In this document: positions 10,620 to 20,550 of the stretch, one piece after another
Layout: every line of letters starts with the position of its first letter
Position numbering within the stretch: position 1 is the stretch's first letter
Assembly (NCBI GenBank): GCA_965261545.1
Contig: CBDHDF010000002.1
Coordinates: 608,001-672,000 of the forward strand
DNA length: 64,000 nucleotides
Direction of reading: 5' to 3'
Source of the DNA: Bdellovibrionales bacterium
Lineage (GTDB): Bacteria > Bdellovibrionota > Bdellovibrionia > Bdellovibrionales > UBA1609
Notes under the pieces: generated by a model
The model's database searches: none
What the model saw: the letters and a program-made list of their open reading frames with translations, nothing else
Told to the model about the DNA's origin: nothing
Translations under genes and position numbers: made by a program

Positions 10620-10800
10620 GTCTCATTTTTATCTATTAAGAATATGACGCAATTGGCCGTATAGTATAATAGTGTATAAGTATAAGATAGTTTATATTGA
10701 AAGAGCTTCATACAATAACCCAATACGAAGAGGCCACGGTATGCTTTAAAGCATACTTTATAAGTATAATCTAAGGCTTATAAGCATGTGAATACTATTA

Positions 10801-10827
10801 CCCCGATGGGCGGGTTCACCATCGGTG
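10801..10827. mobile_element. 27-bp IS-end remnant
   Basis: First 16 bp identical to the IS end at 31530-31545; imperfect TIR CCCCGATGG/CCATCGGTG; flanked by ATTA on both sides. Confidence 0.55.
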
Positions 10828-10859
10828 ATTAAGTAGGACGTTTCGAGGGGATTGTTGTT

Positions 10860-13220
10860 TTGAAAATAAATCGACTCAAAATCTATCTAAGGTTTATAAA
10901 TAGCCCTACAAGACCCATGGGACTGAAACTTTCTGGTCTCGCTAAACTATCTGGCTTTACTCTCATATCTATGTTGGTGGCCCTTTTCATCATGGGGCTC
11001 TCCCTATCTGTTGTAGTTTCTCTGATGGTTCGTCAGGAACAAGCGTCATTTGTCTTAGATGAAAAAATTGCAATAAATCATTTAAAAGAAAAAATTATTC
11101 GTACAATGACAAACTTCGAGACATGCTCTTGTCAATTTACCACCATGAAGATCAAACTCGATTCAGACAGACCCTCTAGGATCGCTCTAAGTACTCTTCG
11201 AGACAGCTGCGAGACTTCATCTCCAGATAATATTCTTGTGAAGAACAGAGTCCCTATTCTTGGCCTCAAAGGATGGGAGGGAGCACACATCCTCGTTAAC
11301 GATTTTCAAAACATAGGAGGATATCAATACGCAGGAAAGTTTTCGGTATTTTTGAAAAATCGAGATAAAAATTATACATTGAATTTTGTCTCTTTTCCCA
11401 TAGTTGTGGAGTTGGATCCAAGATCTGTAAAAAGAGGGTCGCACTATGAAGTTAAGTTTTGCCGAACCACTAAAAATGTAAAAAAGGAAGCAACAATATG
11501 GGACTGTTTGAACATAGATTCCTTGGCGAATCAGTCTGAAGGGAAAACCCTCTTTGGTTGTGGAGGCACCATAGAGAACTCCCACCCCCATAGCACGTCT
11601 TTTGGCTTTGGTGCGGGAGTATCTTCAGGGGCTGGGGACAATACCTATTTTGGTTATTTCGCAGGAAATGGACACAGTGGGATGAAAAGTACTTTTGTGG
11701 GTTATTCGGGAGGGGAGCTTGCGGGGAGTGCTGTGGCAAACACGGTCGTTGGCTATCATGCGGGAAGGAAGGCCCAAGGTGGGGAGCAGGTTCTTGTGGG
11801 TGTTTCAGCAGGGAAAGAGTCCACAGGAGAGCAAAATGTTATCATAGGAGCCGACGAAGCCGTCCAAAAAGAAAAAGGAAGCAACAGAAGTGTCATTTTA
11901 TCTTACCAGACCGAAGACGAGATTAGCGGGCTAGTGTTTTGGAATTTTAATTATAATCAAGAGGCCCATGACAATGTTATTCTTGGTGGGTTCAATCATG
12001 CATACGGTAATAAGGGTGAAAATGTAACCTTGGGTTACAGATCATGCCAAAATTTTAAAAAAAAGGGTCATATTTGTGTAGGTACATTGGCAGGAGCTTC
12101 TGGAAGTACAAATAATAGAAATATTTTTATAGGTAAGGAGAGTGGGTACTTGAGTGGAGGTGATGACAATATCTTCATAGGTGTTGAGGCGGGTCGAGAC
12201 CAAAGTGATAGAAGTGAGAAGAATGTTTTCTTAGGGTACGGAGCGGGAACTACGAATCAAGACAACGGCTCAGCAAATGCAGACAAAAATACATTCTTGG
12301 GAAATGGCACAGGAAATGGTGGCGGCATTTGGCGCTTTAACACATTGGTGGGGGCAAATATAGGATACACATCTAGTCAGACCATAAAGAATAATGTTGT
12401 TGTAGGTGCTCAAGCGCTTCTCAGAATGAAAGATAACCGTGGGAACGTCGTATTGGGTCATAACTCCCTGAACAATACTCACAAGGATCATACAAATGAG
12501 CATAGTATTTTTATAGGGCAGGGAGTGGAAAGATCATCTGTTGATATGGCCGCTTCTTCTGAATTCGCTGTGGGATCCTCTGACGCCTCAAGGTGGTTGA
12601 CAGGAACGATTGGAAGTGAGCTTTATGTCAATGGTGTTTCGGTGACTCCCCCTGCAAGCTCTCGACGATTAAAGAAAAACATCCATCCGGTGAAGAGTAT
12701 CAAGCAGTATGTAGATAGCCTTATTGAATCACCCCTATTTACCTATCAGTACAAAGATAAGAATCTTCATCCCAAAAAGGTTCGTATGGGATTTATTTCT
12801 GAAGAACTTCCTGAACATTTACAGATCAAGAAAGAAGGACAACTCTCCTATCCGGATTGGCCGAGTATTTATGGGTCTTTCTGGTCGAGTATTCAATATC
12901 TTTATGGTATGTTAAAGAGTTTTCAAGGAGATATCTTCTTTGAGGCAAAGAAATTAGCAGATCATATGCAATCTTTTGAGGACAAGCAAAGTCGTTTTAT
13001 GGAAAAGACCATGGGTTCTAAAAAAGAACTTTTAGAGATGAAGACACACCTCTCCCAGGCGTCCCAAGAGCTTGAGGATACCAAGAAAGATCTTATGGAA
13101 TTGAAAGAAAGCATAAAGAAGAATTGGAAAGAGGTGGAAGAAAGGTTTCCTAAAATGAAAAAATGGGCAAAATCAAAATCAGCATCCATATCTTTAAGTG
13201 ATGGAGTTTTCCATGAATGA
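10860..13220 (+). CDS. Prepilin-leader fibre protein with peptidase S74-type chaperone, subunit A (start uncertain)
   Basis: SG|FTLISMLVAL plus hydrophobic helix; CSCQF Cys motif; NTxxGxxAG repeats; SSRRLKKNI...MGFISEE; C-terminal coiled coil. Confidence 0.8.
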   Translation: MKINRLKIYLRFINSPTRPMGLKLSGLAKLSGFTLISMLVALFIMGLSLSVVVSLMVRQEQASFVLDEKIAINHLKEKIIRTMTNFETCSCQFTTMKIKLDSDRPSRIALSTLRDSCETSSPDNILVKNRVPILGLKGWEGAHILVNDFQNIGGYQYAGKFSVFLKNRDKNYTLNFVSFPIVVELDPRSVKRGSHYEVKFCRTTKNVKKEATIWDCLNIDSLANQSEGKTLFGCGGTIENSHPHSTSFGFGAGVSSGAGDNTYFGYFAGNGHSGMKSTFVGYSGGELAGSAVANTVVGYHAGRKAQGGEQVLVGVSAGKESTGEQNVIIGADEAVQKEKGSNRSVILSYQTEDEISGLVFWNFNYNQEAHDNVILGGFNHAYGNKGENVTLGYRSCQNFKKKGHICVGTLAGASGSTNNRNIFIGKESGYLSGGDDNIFIGVEAGRDQSDRSEKNVFLGYGAGTTNQDNGSANADKNTFLGNGTGNGGGIWRFNTLVGANIGYTSSQTIKNNVVVGAQALLRMKDNRGNVVLGHNSLNNTHKDHTNEHSIFIGQGVERSSVDMAASSEFAVGSSDASRWLTGTIGSELYVNGVSVTPPASSRRLKKNIHPVKSIKQYVDSLIESPLFTYQYKDKNLHPKKVRMGFISEELPEHLQIKKEGQLSYPDWPSIYGSFWSSIQYLYGMLKSFQGDIFFEAKKLADHMQSFEDKQSRFMEKTMGSKKELLEMKTHLSQASQELEDTKKDLMELKESIKKNWKEVEERFPKMKKWAKSKSASISLSDGVFHE

Positions 13221-15840
13221 CCTGGGGCCATGGAGCGTGATGGCCTTAATTTCTCAAAGGGGAATTTCTCTCATATCCTCTTTGATAGCTTTGTTTGTCG
13301 TTAGCATGGGTTCCCTGGCCTTTATCTCTATGCGAGTGGGTCAAGAAAAAGAAGCCCTCGCTTTAAAACAGAAGCTCGCCAATATTCATTTGGAATCCTC
13401 GATCACAGAAGTTTTTTACAATGGTTTTTGTTCTTGTCATTTTGATGCCAGTATCAACAGAATCACTCCTTCAGGGAGTCTTCTCTTGGACACAGCTCAA
13501 CTCAGCAATATAAATTTGGGGGTTATCAGACCAAATTGTGTGTTTAAAAGCAGTAAGACTGATCTTGTAAAGTCCAATACGCGATTGCGAAATGGGGGAG
13601 GTTTGGTGGTGAAGGACATTATGGTGAAAGATTTAATGTCCATAGGATCAAGAGGATCCGTCAATGAGTACTCTGGAAATCTCGTGATAAGCTACAAGGA
13701 ATCCAGTCAGGTACGTCTCCTTGAGCCCATATCTATACCTCTCATTTTTTCTGTGGATCCGACTTCAAAAGCTTTTTCTACCAAAAAACCAATTCAATAC
13801 TGCTGGGAGGAGGGTGTCCATTATGATGATGGGCCTGAATGTCTTCAACTGGGAGAAGACAATGCAATTCTACATTCTGAGAGAACGAGTCTCCTTGGCT
13901 GTGGTGTCACAATAAAATCGACAAAGAAAGAGAAGACAGCCCTAGGCTTTGATGTGGCAGCTCAGAACTGGGGTTCTCAGGGCAAAACAAACGTAAGTGT
14001 GGGTACCTACCTGGGTTTTCAATCTGGGAACCAAACCCCCCGAGATAGAGAGGGGACACAGGAGAAAAATACTTTTTTAGGTTTTAAATCGGGTGATAAA
14101 ATAACGGATTCCGACTTAACTATGATTGGTTATCATTCAACCCCACCCCATGGTGGAGATATTAGCAAATTTGTATGGATAGGAGTGGATATAGGGAAAG
14201 GGAAGAATGATAAGAAGGACGGCTTAAACAGTTATGGTGTCGTGATAGGTAGCCATGCAGGAGAAGTGCCAAATACGCATGCTATCTTTGTGGGAACAGA
14301 GGCTGGACGCAACGCCAACTCAGGGATTATCTTAGGTGATCAAGCGGGACTTCATGCTGCTAATCATGGTAGTGGTTACCATGAGGAGCAAATATTTATA
14401 GGAACTAGAGCCGGCTTGAATCGACGCATCAGAGGTACGAGCCGTGGCCTTCTTCGTACCAACGATGTTATTATTGGCCACGAGGCTGGAGTGAATGTTG
14501 GAACAATTAGGCTTTGGAAAGATAAAATTTATCTTCTTGCGAAAGGAGTTAATAAGGGGGACCCCGTTGTCATGGCGGGAGATCGTATTTTAATCGGTCA
14601 GGGTGCTGGCCAGGCTGGAGGGGGCCTTGGTTTGATGATAGGTTTTGAGGCTGGTCAAAAGGATTTTTCTGGACTCAATTCTTTTGATTATGAGACATAT
14701 ATGAGGGACGGGGTTGAAAGAAATGTAGTAGTTTCTATGAGTTTCTTAATCTTTAAGGATGAAAGTAAAAATGATCATACAATAAATCTAAGTAATACAG
14801 TTCGAGCTTATGGTGCGAATTTCTTTGTGGGCGGGCAGTCAGGCTCCAATTTTATAAGGGGGATGATGAATACTTTTTTAGGTTTTCAATCTGGATATTC
14901 AAAGCTAGGTGGAGACAGTAATACCTATATTGGAGCCTTTGCAGGCTACAGTGATGGCACAGATTCACATTCACATAACAATACCTGTATCGGTTGGAAA
15001 TCTTGCTATGCCAACCAAGGGAGTGTGACGATGCCCTTTTCTTTGCCTTCTGGCATAAAGGTTGTTGCCTGGCGTCAGGATGAGGAGTCAATTCGAACAG
15101 GAAGCAAGAACACCATCCTCGGGGCCCTTGCTGGAAAGGCGAATATCCATGGTTCTCACAATATACTTATTGGCAAAGGAGTGGGATCTTCAGCGATGTA
15201 TAGCGATATTAATAATAAATTCATGGTGGGCACTGAAAATAACCAAGAATGGTTGAGCGGAGATATCAATGCAACATCAACACTGTCAGTCAACGGGGCA
15301 GCTTTAACCACCCCAAGTTCAAGGGCCTTGAAGAAAAATATAGTTCCTGTGAAGAATTTTAAAAAATACCTTCAATCTATACTGGAAACTCCACTTTTTA
15401 CTTATCAATACAAAGAGTTGAACCTCCACCCCGACAAAGTGCGTATGGGTGTTATTTCTGAGGAACTTCCTAAATACTTACAAATCAAACAGAAGGGAAG
15501 ATTGTCTCGTCCTGATTGGCCAAGTATCTATGGGGTTTTTGCAGCCAGTATCAAGTGGATTTATGAATCGACCATGACTCTTGAGAAAACCATGCTCACC
15601 AAGTTGAATGAATTTATGAACTCATTGGATCAACTTGAAAGAGGGTATAAAAATATGAAGAAAGATGTTGATAGATGGATGAAAACTATAAATGTGACAA
15701 AAAATCATATCAAGCAATCTAAAAAGGTGATCAAAGAAATGAGAGGTGAAATATCAAAGACAAAATCTTACACACAAAGAAAATGGGAAGAACTCATAGG
15801 CGATGATCCACGAGAAGATAAAGGTGAGTCCCATGAATAA
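13213..15840 (+). CDS. Prepilin-leader fibre protein with S74-type chaperone, subunit B
   Basis: ATG at 13213 after GGAG, overlapping the upstream stop (ATGAATGA); RG|ISLISSL; CSCHFD; SSRALKKNI...MGVISEE. Confidence 0.8.
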   Translation: MNDLGPWSVMALISQRGISLISSLIALFVVSMGSLAFISMRVGQEKEALALKQKLANIHLESSITEVFYNGFCSCHFDASINRITPSGSLLLDTAQLSNINLGVIRPNCVFKSSKTDLVKSNTRLRNGGGLVVKDIMVKDLMSIGSRGSVNEYSGNLVISYKESSQVRLLEPISIPLIFSVDPTSKAFSTKKPIQYCWEEGVHYDDGPECLQLGEDNAILHSERTSLLGCGVTIKSTKKEKTALGFDVAAQNWGSQGKTNVSVGTYLGFQSGNQTPRDREGTQEKNTFLGFKSGDKITDSDLTMIGYHSTPPHGGDISKFVWIGVDIGKGKNDKKDGLNSYGVVIGSHAGEVPNTHAIFVGTEAGRNANSGIILGDQAGLHAANHGSGYHEEQIFIGTRAGLNRRIRGTSRGLLRTNDVIIGHEAGVNVGTIRLWKDKIYLLAKGVNKGDPVVMAGDRILIGQGAGQAGGGLGLMIGFEAGQKDFSGLNSFDYETYMRDGVERNVVVSMSFLIFKDESKNDHTINLSNTVRAYGANFFVGGQSGSNFIRGMMNTFLGFQSGYSKLGGDSNTYIGAFAGYSDGTDSHSHNNTCIGWKSCYANQGSVTMPFSLPSGIKVVAWRQDEESIRTGSKNTILGALAGKANIHGSHNILIGKGVGSSAMYSDINNKFMVGTENNQEWLSGDINATSTLSVNGAALTTPSSRALKKNIVPVKNFKKYLQSILETPLFTYQYKELNLHPDKVRMGVISEELPKYLQIKQKGRLSRPDWPSIYGVFAASIKWIYESTMTLEKTMLTKLNEFMNSLDQLERGYKNMKKDVDRWMKTINVTKNHIKQSKKVIKEMRGEISKTKSYTQRKWEELIGDDPREDKGESHE

Positions 15841-18256
15841 TGTTTCTCAAGAACATTATGGCTTTGCCATGGTTTCCGCGCTCTTATTTATTTTTCTTAT
15901 GGGTCTATCTATGTTGTCTTTTTTATCCAAGGTTAATATGAGGGATAAAGACAACCTTGGTTTAGCTAAGGATATTCGAAAGCAGCGTGTTGAGTTATCT
16001 GTTAAAAAAATGATGAATCATAAGAGATGCCTATGTCATTTTGATCCAGCACAAAATACTTCAGTTTCTGTACCACTGGGAATTGATACAGTGAATTTTC
16101 ATGATATTCCATTGGGCATCATAAGAAAAGATTGTGATTTTAGTTCCTCCGATAATGTTCTTATTCAAAATGGAAGTGCTTTGGGCAAAGGTTTTGCGGT
16201 CGATAAAATCAAGGTGACGAACCTTAGGGGCCAACGAGGCTCCTACCGATCCTATTTGGGGGAAATTCTCATCACTTATTCAAGCCAAAACAATAGAGAA
16301 AGACCCCCTTCCCCCTCTTCGATTCCCCTCGTTTTTGTCGTTAACGACAATATGGGAACGGATGAAAACCGACCTGTTTTGTCCTGTTGGAGCGCTGCTT
16401 ACTCAACTCCTAAAGAGTTGGCATTATTTGATGAATCTTGTTACTTTGTAGATGAAGAGGCCGATACGACGCAGGATCCAGATGCGAAGTCGAAGGGTCG
16501 GATTCTTGTGGGCTGTGAGGGAACCGTAGGTACCACAAATGCCCCTCGCCCTCCAACGACCACGGCCTTTGGATTTCAGGCTGGAAAATCTCTCACGGAT
16601 CCTGCCCATATAGGAAATACTTATTTTGGGTATCAAGCAGGAATGAATCACCAAGGAGATAAAACCACAATGATAGGTTACATGGCAGGTAAAATGTCTG
16701 ATTCTGCAAAAAGTATAAGTGTACGAAAAAGTAATTTTATTGGATATCGTGCAGGGGAGTCTTTGATCGAGGGTGAAAATTTACATTTTGTGGGAGCCGA
16801 GGCCGGTCTCAATACAGTGGTGGCCAACAATAATATTTTTGTGGGTGCTTCGGCGGGGAAGAACCACACCAAGGGAAATAGGAATGTGTTTTTGGGTTAT
16901 GCAGCGGGGAGAGATGGTTTTCCAGATCCTGCATCCAGTGACACCATCGATGACAATATTCTTGTGGGATATAAGGCGGGGTTAAAGAACAGGGGAGATC
17001 GAAATATTTTTATTGGCTCTCAGGCGGGAGAGGCCAATATAGATGGTTCAGGTTCTGTGGTGATGGGTTTTCAATCAGGTCAGAAAAATAGTTCCATCGA
17101 CAAGAGTGTTCTTATAGGATATGAGGTGGGAAAGAAGAGTCAAGGAGGTGAATACTCCGTGTTTATAGGTCATAGGGCTGGAAGAGAAAATACAGGAGAT
17201 AAAAATACATTTGTAGGTAATTCTTCTGGGTTGAAGAATAAAAGTGGCCAAGAGAATGCTTTTTCAGGGCATGAATCAGGTAAATCCAATACCACGGGTT
17301 CACAAAATACTTTTATTGGAGCTTCTGCGGGGCAGAAGAACACATCGGGTTCCTACAATACTTTTGTAGGAAAAGAGGCAGGGGCTGCCAATACGACAGG
17401 GGATGCAAACACCATGATTGGTATGCAAGCAGGGGCTCAGAATACCACAGGAAGCAATAATATATATATAGGGTTTGGTGCTGCCAATATCAGTGACACC
17501 GATACTTATAAGACGGGTAGCAATCAATTTGTTGTTGGTAATAGTACGAATAAAACTTGGTTGACGGGAGAGATGACTTTCACAGGGGATCTTTTTGTGG
17601 AGGTGGGGGGGGCCAAGATCAAAGCCGGGTCGGCTGCAAGTTCACGTTTTCTGAAAAAGAATATTCGGCCTGTCACCGACTTTAGGAAATACTTAGATGA
17701 TATCTTAGATACTCCTCTTTTTACATATCAATATAAGGACCCCATGAATCACCCCCATAAGACACGCATGGGAATTATCTCTGAGGAACTGCCCGAGCAT
17801 TTACAAATCAAAAGCAAGGTACGAATTCTTGATGGTATCACAGATGAAATATCCCGTCCCGATTGGCCCAGTATCTATGGCTATTTTTGGGCTGGTCTCA
17901 AGGCTCTCCATCAAATAAAAACAGAGTTGGAAGAAGATCTTCTTTCAAAGATTCAAGATTTTCTCTCTCGGATTCAATCCATCAAGGAGAAGCAAGTTCG
18001 CTTTATTGAGGTATGGACCCAGAATAAAAAAGAAATGTCATCGATTCAATCCAAGCTCCATCAGGTGAATCGAGAAATGGAGCAGGTCCAACGGGAAATC
18101 GTCAAGACAAGAAAGGATTTTGATAGGGATTGGGAGGAATTGATGGCAAGAATTTCTTCCTCCCGGTCGGCTTCTTCTTCTATGCCACCCCCACCTTCAC
18201 TCTCGTCCTCGGCTTCTTCTTCTGTGCGCCCCTACCCACCTTCGTCATCACCATGA
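15833..18256 (+). CDS. Prepilin-leader fibre protein with S74-type chaperone, subunit C
   Basis: ATGAATAA overlap with B; YG|FAMVSALL; CLCHFD; regular NTTGxxNTFxG repeats; SSRFLKKNI; Ser/Pro tail. Confidence 0.8.
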   Translation: MNNVSQEHYGFAMVSALLFIFLMGLSMLSFLSKVNMRDKDNLGLAKDIRKQRVELSVKKMMNHKRCLCHFDPAQNTSVSVPLGIDTVNFHDIPLGIIRKDCDFSSSDNVLIQNGSALGKGFAVDKIKVTNLRGQRGSYRSYLGEILITYSSQNNRERPPSPSSIPLVFVVNDNMGTDENRPVLSCWSAAYSTPKELALFDESCYFVDEEADTTQDPDAKSKGRILVGCEGTVGTTNAPRPPTTTAFGFQAGKSLTDPAHIGNTYFGYQAGMNHQGDKTTMIGYMAGKMSDSAKSISVRKSNFIGYRAGESLIEGENLHFVGAEAGLNTVVANNNIFVGASAGKNHTKGNRNVFLGYAAGRDGFPDPASSDTIDDNILVGYKAGLKNRGDRNIFIGSQAGEANIDGSGSVVMGFQSGQKNSSIDKSVLIGYEVGKKSQGGEYSVFIGHRAGRENTGDKNTFVGNSSGLKNKSGQENAFSGHESGKSNTTGSQNTFIGASAGQKNTSGSYNTFVGKEAGAANTTGDANTMIGMQAGAQNTTGSNNIYIGFGAANISDTDTYKTGSNQFVVGNSTNKTWLTGEMTFTGDLFVEVGGAKIKAGSAASSRFLKKNIRPVTDFRKYLDDILDTPLFTYQYKDPMNHPHKTRMGIISEELPEHLQIKSKVRILDGITDEISRPDWPSIYGYFWAGLKALHQIKTELEEDLLSKIQDFLSRIQSIKEKQVRFIEVWTQNKKEMSSIQSKLHQVNREMEQVQREIVKTRKDFDRDWEELMARISSSRSASSSMPPPPSLSSSASSSVRPYPPSSSP

Positions 18257-18324
18257 TGTGATATCCTGATATCCCCCACCCCCGACTGCTGTCGTGACCC
18301 CCTTTGGTCGTATCGTCAGATAGT

Positions 18325-18379
18325 TGAAATTCATAGAGGTTGAAATCCAACAGAGTGTGAAATCCAACAGAGTGTGAAA
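18325..18379. repeat. Short tandem repeat, 17-bp unit
   Basis: TGAAATCCAACAGAGTG twice (18341-18374) plus degenerate flanking copies. Confidence 0.65.
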
Positions 18380-18709
18380 AATGTGAGTATTGTGAACTGT
18401 TCTCATTATGAATGTTACAGTAGTTCCTGTCCAGGGAAGAAAGTTAAGTAGTTTTAAGTATTTACATGCCTTCCCTTTAGATTTTATGCTTTAAAATGGA
18501 GTCCATCAAACATAATCCGTGTAAATTCAGTTACTTACATAAAACGGAAAAATAAAATAAGTTCCCCCCCCCCCTCCTCTCTCTTGACGAACCTTTCACA
18601 GCCCCTCCCTTTCAGTGACTTATGTGGCTATCAACTACGTTACTTGATATGAGAGGAAGAGTTGGATCAACCTGTGTTTCCACCGTGGTGATTTCAAACC
18701 TCCTTCAGA

Positions 18710-18776
18710 CCCGGAGGGGCGGACAAAACCATCCATTTGTGGGCTAACAAAACCATCCATTTAGGGTGATCTGACA
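18710..18776 (-). mobile_element. Right end of a second IS21-type element
   Basis: Two AAACCATCCATTT subterminal repeats just downstream of the minus-strand istB; related to 31530-31597 and 23240-23286. Confidence 0.6.
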
Positions 18777-18979
18777 AGATGGGCTCAGCCTACATTTAAT
18801 TTTTTATCTTGACAAGTCGGTTTGAAGCTTCCTTCAATCGGTAGCTTTTTCCCTCAAATTTTAATAGTTGGCTGCAGTGGAGAAGGCGATCCAGGATGGC
18901 AGAGTATAGTGGACCCCAAAAACAGACTGGTTGCTAAGTTACACCGCAGCGGGTAAAAAGCCCCTCATAGGAGGGGATA

Positions 18980-19270
18980 ATGAGAAAGAAACACAGCGCA
19001 CAATTTAAGGCCAGAGTCGCACTTGACGCCATTCGTGAGACTGACACAATGGCAGAGTTGGCCTCCAAGCATGGAGTTCACCGCATCCAAATCCAAGATT
19101 GGAAGAAGCAAGCTATTGAAGCCATTCCTAAGGCCTTAGCGAGCAAAAAAAAGGACAACAACGAGGTAGAAGAACAAAGAAAAACCATTGATGAATTGTA
19201 TCGGCAAATAGGGCAGTTAAAGGTTGAAAATGATTGGTTAAAAAAAAAATCTGAGAGCTTCAATGCCTGA
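18980..19270 (+). CDS. IS3 OrfA (HTH)
   Basis: [14 protein letters not shown]...[18 protein letters not shown]. Confidence 0.9.
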   Translation: MRKKHSAQFKARVALDAIRETDTMAELASKHGVHRIQIQDWKKQAIEAIPKALASKKKDNNEVEEQRKTIDELYRQIGQLKVENDWLKKKSESFNA

Positions 19271-20111
19271 GAAAAAAGCCGCTATCAATTGGAAACATCC
19301 AAATATTTGTGTCACTCGCCAATGTGAGTTGCTAGGACTCTCTAAGGGAGCCTTGTACTACAAGCCCATACCTGAGAGTGCCTACAACTTAAAACTGATG
19401 AGTTTAATTGACAAACAGTACTTGGAGACCCCTTTTTATGGGAGCCGTAAAATGGCAGCTCACTTAAGACTTAATGGCCATGGGGTCAACCGCAAGAGGA
19501 TTCAGCGGCTCATGGAAAAGATGTGTCTTTTCGCTATCTTCCCAGGTCCAAACACCAGTCAGCGAAACCATCAGCATAAGGTTTATCCCTACCTACTTAA
19601 GGGGCTTAATATCTGCTCCCCCAACCAAGTGTGGGCTACTGATATTACTTTTATAAGGTTGTCTGGTGGCTTTGCTTACTTGGTAGCTGTGATAGATTGG
19701 TTTAGCCGATTTGTTCTGTCTTGGAGACTTTCTAATAGCCTTGAGACAACTTTTTGTTTAGAAGTCTTTGAGGAAGCCATAGAAACATTTGGTTGCCCTG
19801 ATATCGTCAATACTGATCAAGGGTGCCAATTCACTTCTGAGGTTTTCACAAAATTATTGAAAAATCATGGAATCTCGATCAGTATGGACGGCAAAGGCAG
19901 GTGTTTAGACAACATTATGATCGAGCGGCTTTGGCGGTCTGTTAAGTACGAAGAGGTTTACTTGAAAGGCTATCAAGACAAATCAATGGTTCAAGCCAAC
20001 AAAGGTTTTAAAACGTATTTTAATTTTTATAATAATAAAAGGCCACACCAGTCTCTTCAGGATTGCACCCCTTATCAGGTGCATATGGGAGAGGTGGATT
20101 TAACACATTAA
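19263..20111 (+). CDS. IS3 OrfB DDE integrase
   Basis: [42 protein letters not shown]. Confidence 0.93.
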   Translation: MPEKKAAINWKHPNICVTRQCELLGLSKGALYYKPIPESAYNLKLMSLIDKQYLETPFYGSRKMAAHLRLNGHGVNRKRIQRLMEKMCLFAIFPGPNTSQRNHQHKVYPYLLKGLNICSPNQVWATDITFIRLSGGFAYLVAVIDWFSRFVLSWRLSNSLETTFCLEVFEEAIETFGCPDIVNTDQGCQFTSEVFTKLLKNHGISISMDGKGRCLDNIMIERLWRSVKYEEVYLKGYQDKSMVQANKGFKTYFNFYNNKRPHQSLQDCTPYQVHMGEVDLTH

Positions 20112-20550
20112 CACGGGGCTTCTTTGTGCGCTGTGGTGTAGCTTAAAAATCAAGTTTTTCAGTCTGACATTGGGGTCCACCTCAGAGGCCACGGTATTAT
20201 CGCCCAAACACTTTCCCCAGTCCTCAATAATGCGATTGGAGGTAATAAGAGTGCTTTTTCTCGCTGAGTATCGATCCAGAATGATTTCCTGGAAGTCATC
20301 GCAAGCCTCTGGCGGAATGCGCTTTCTAAGAAAAAGATCATCAATGATCAACAGGTCCACATGGATGAGTTGGGTGTAGAACCTCTTTCTGCGCCCCAGC
20401 TGCCTGGCCTCAAAGAGATTTTCAAAGAGCTTGTGAGCTTCTTGATACAAAACCTTGTAATTTGATATGGAACAGACCTTGGTGGCTATAGCTTTTGCAA
20501 TGTGGCTTTTTCCAGTTCCAGGGGAGCCAATAAGCAAGGCTCCCTCCCCC

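Larger units (their letters stand above)
18905..20184 (+). mobile_element. IS3-family insertion sequence
   Basis: Ends TATAGTGGACCCCAA / TTGGGGTCCACCTCA; 3-bp TSD GAG confirmed against the uninterrupted istB copy. Confidence 0.93.
18796..20550 (-). pseudogene. istB: istB remnant, 5' truncated and interrupted by IS3
   Basis: Near-identical to 31617-32088 once 18905-20184 is removed; GSPGTGKS and LLIIDD motifs. Confidence 0.9.
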
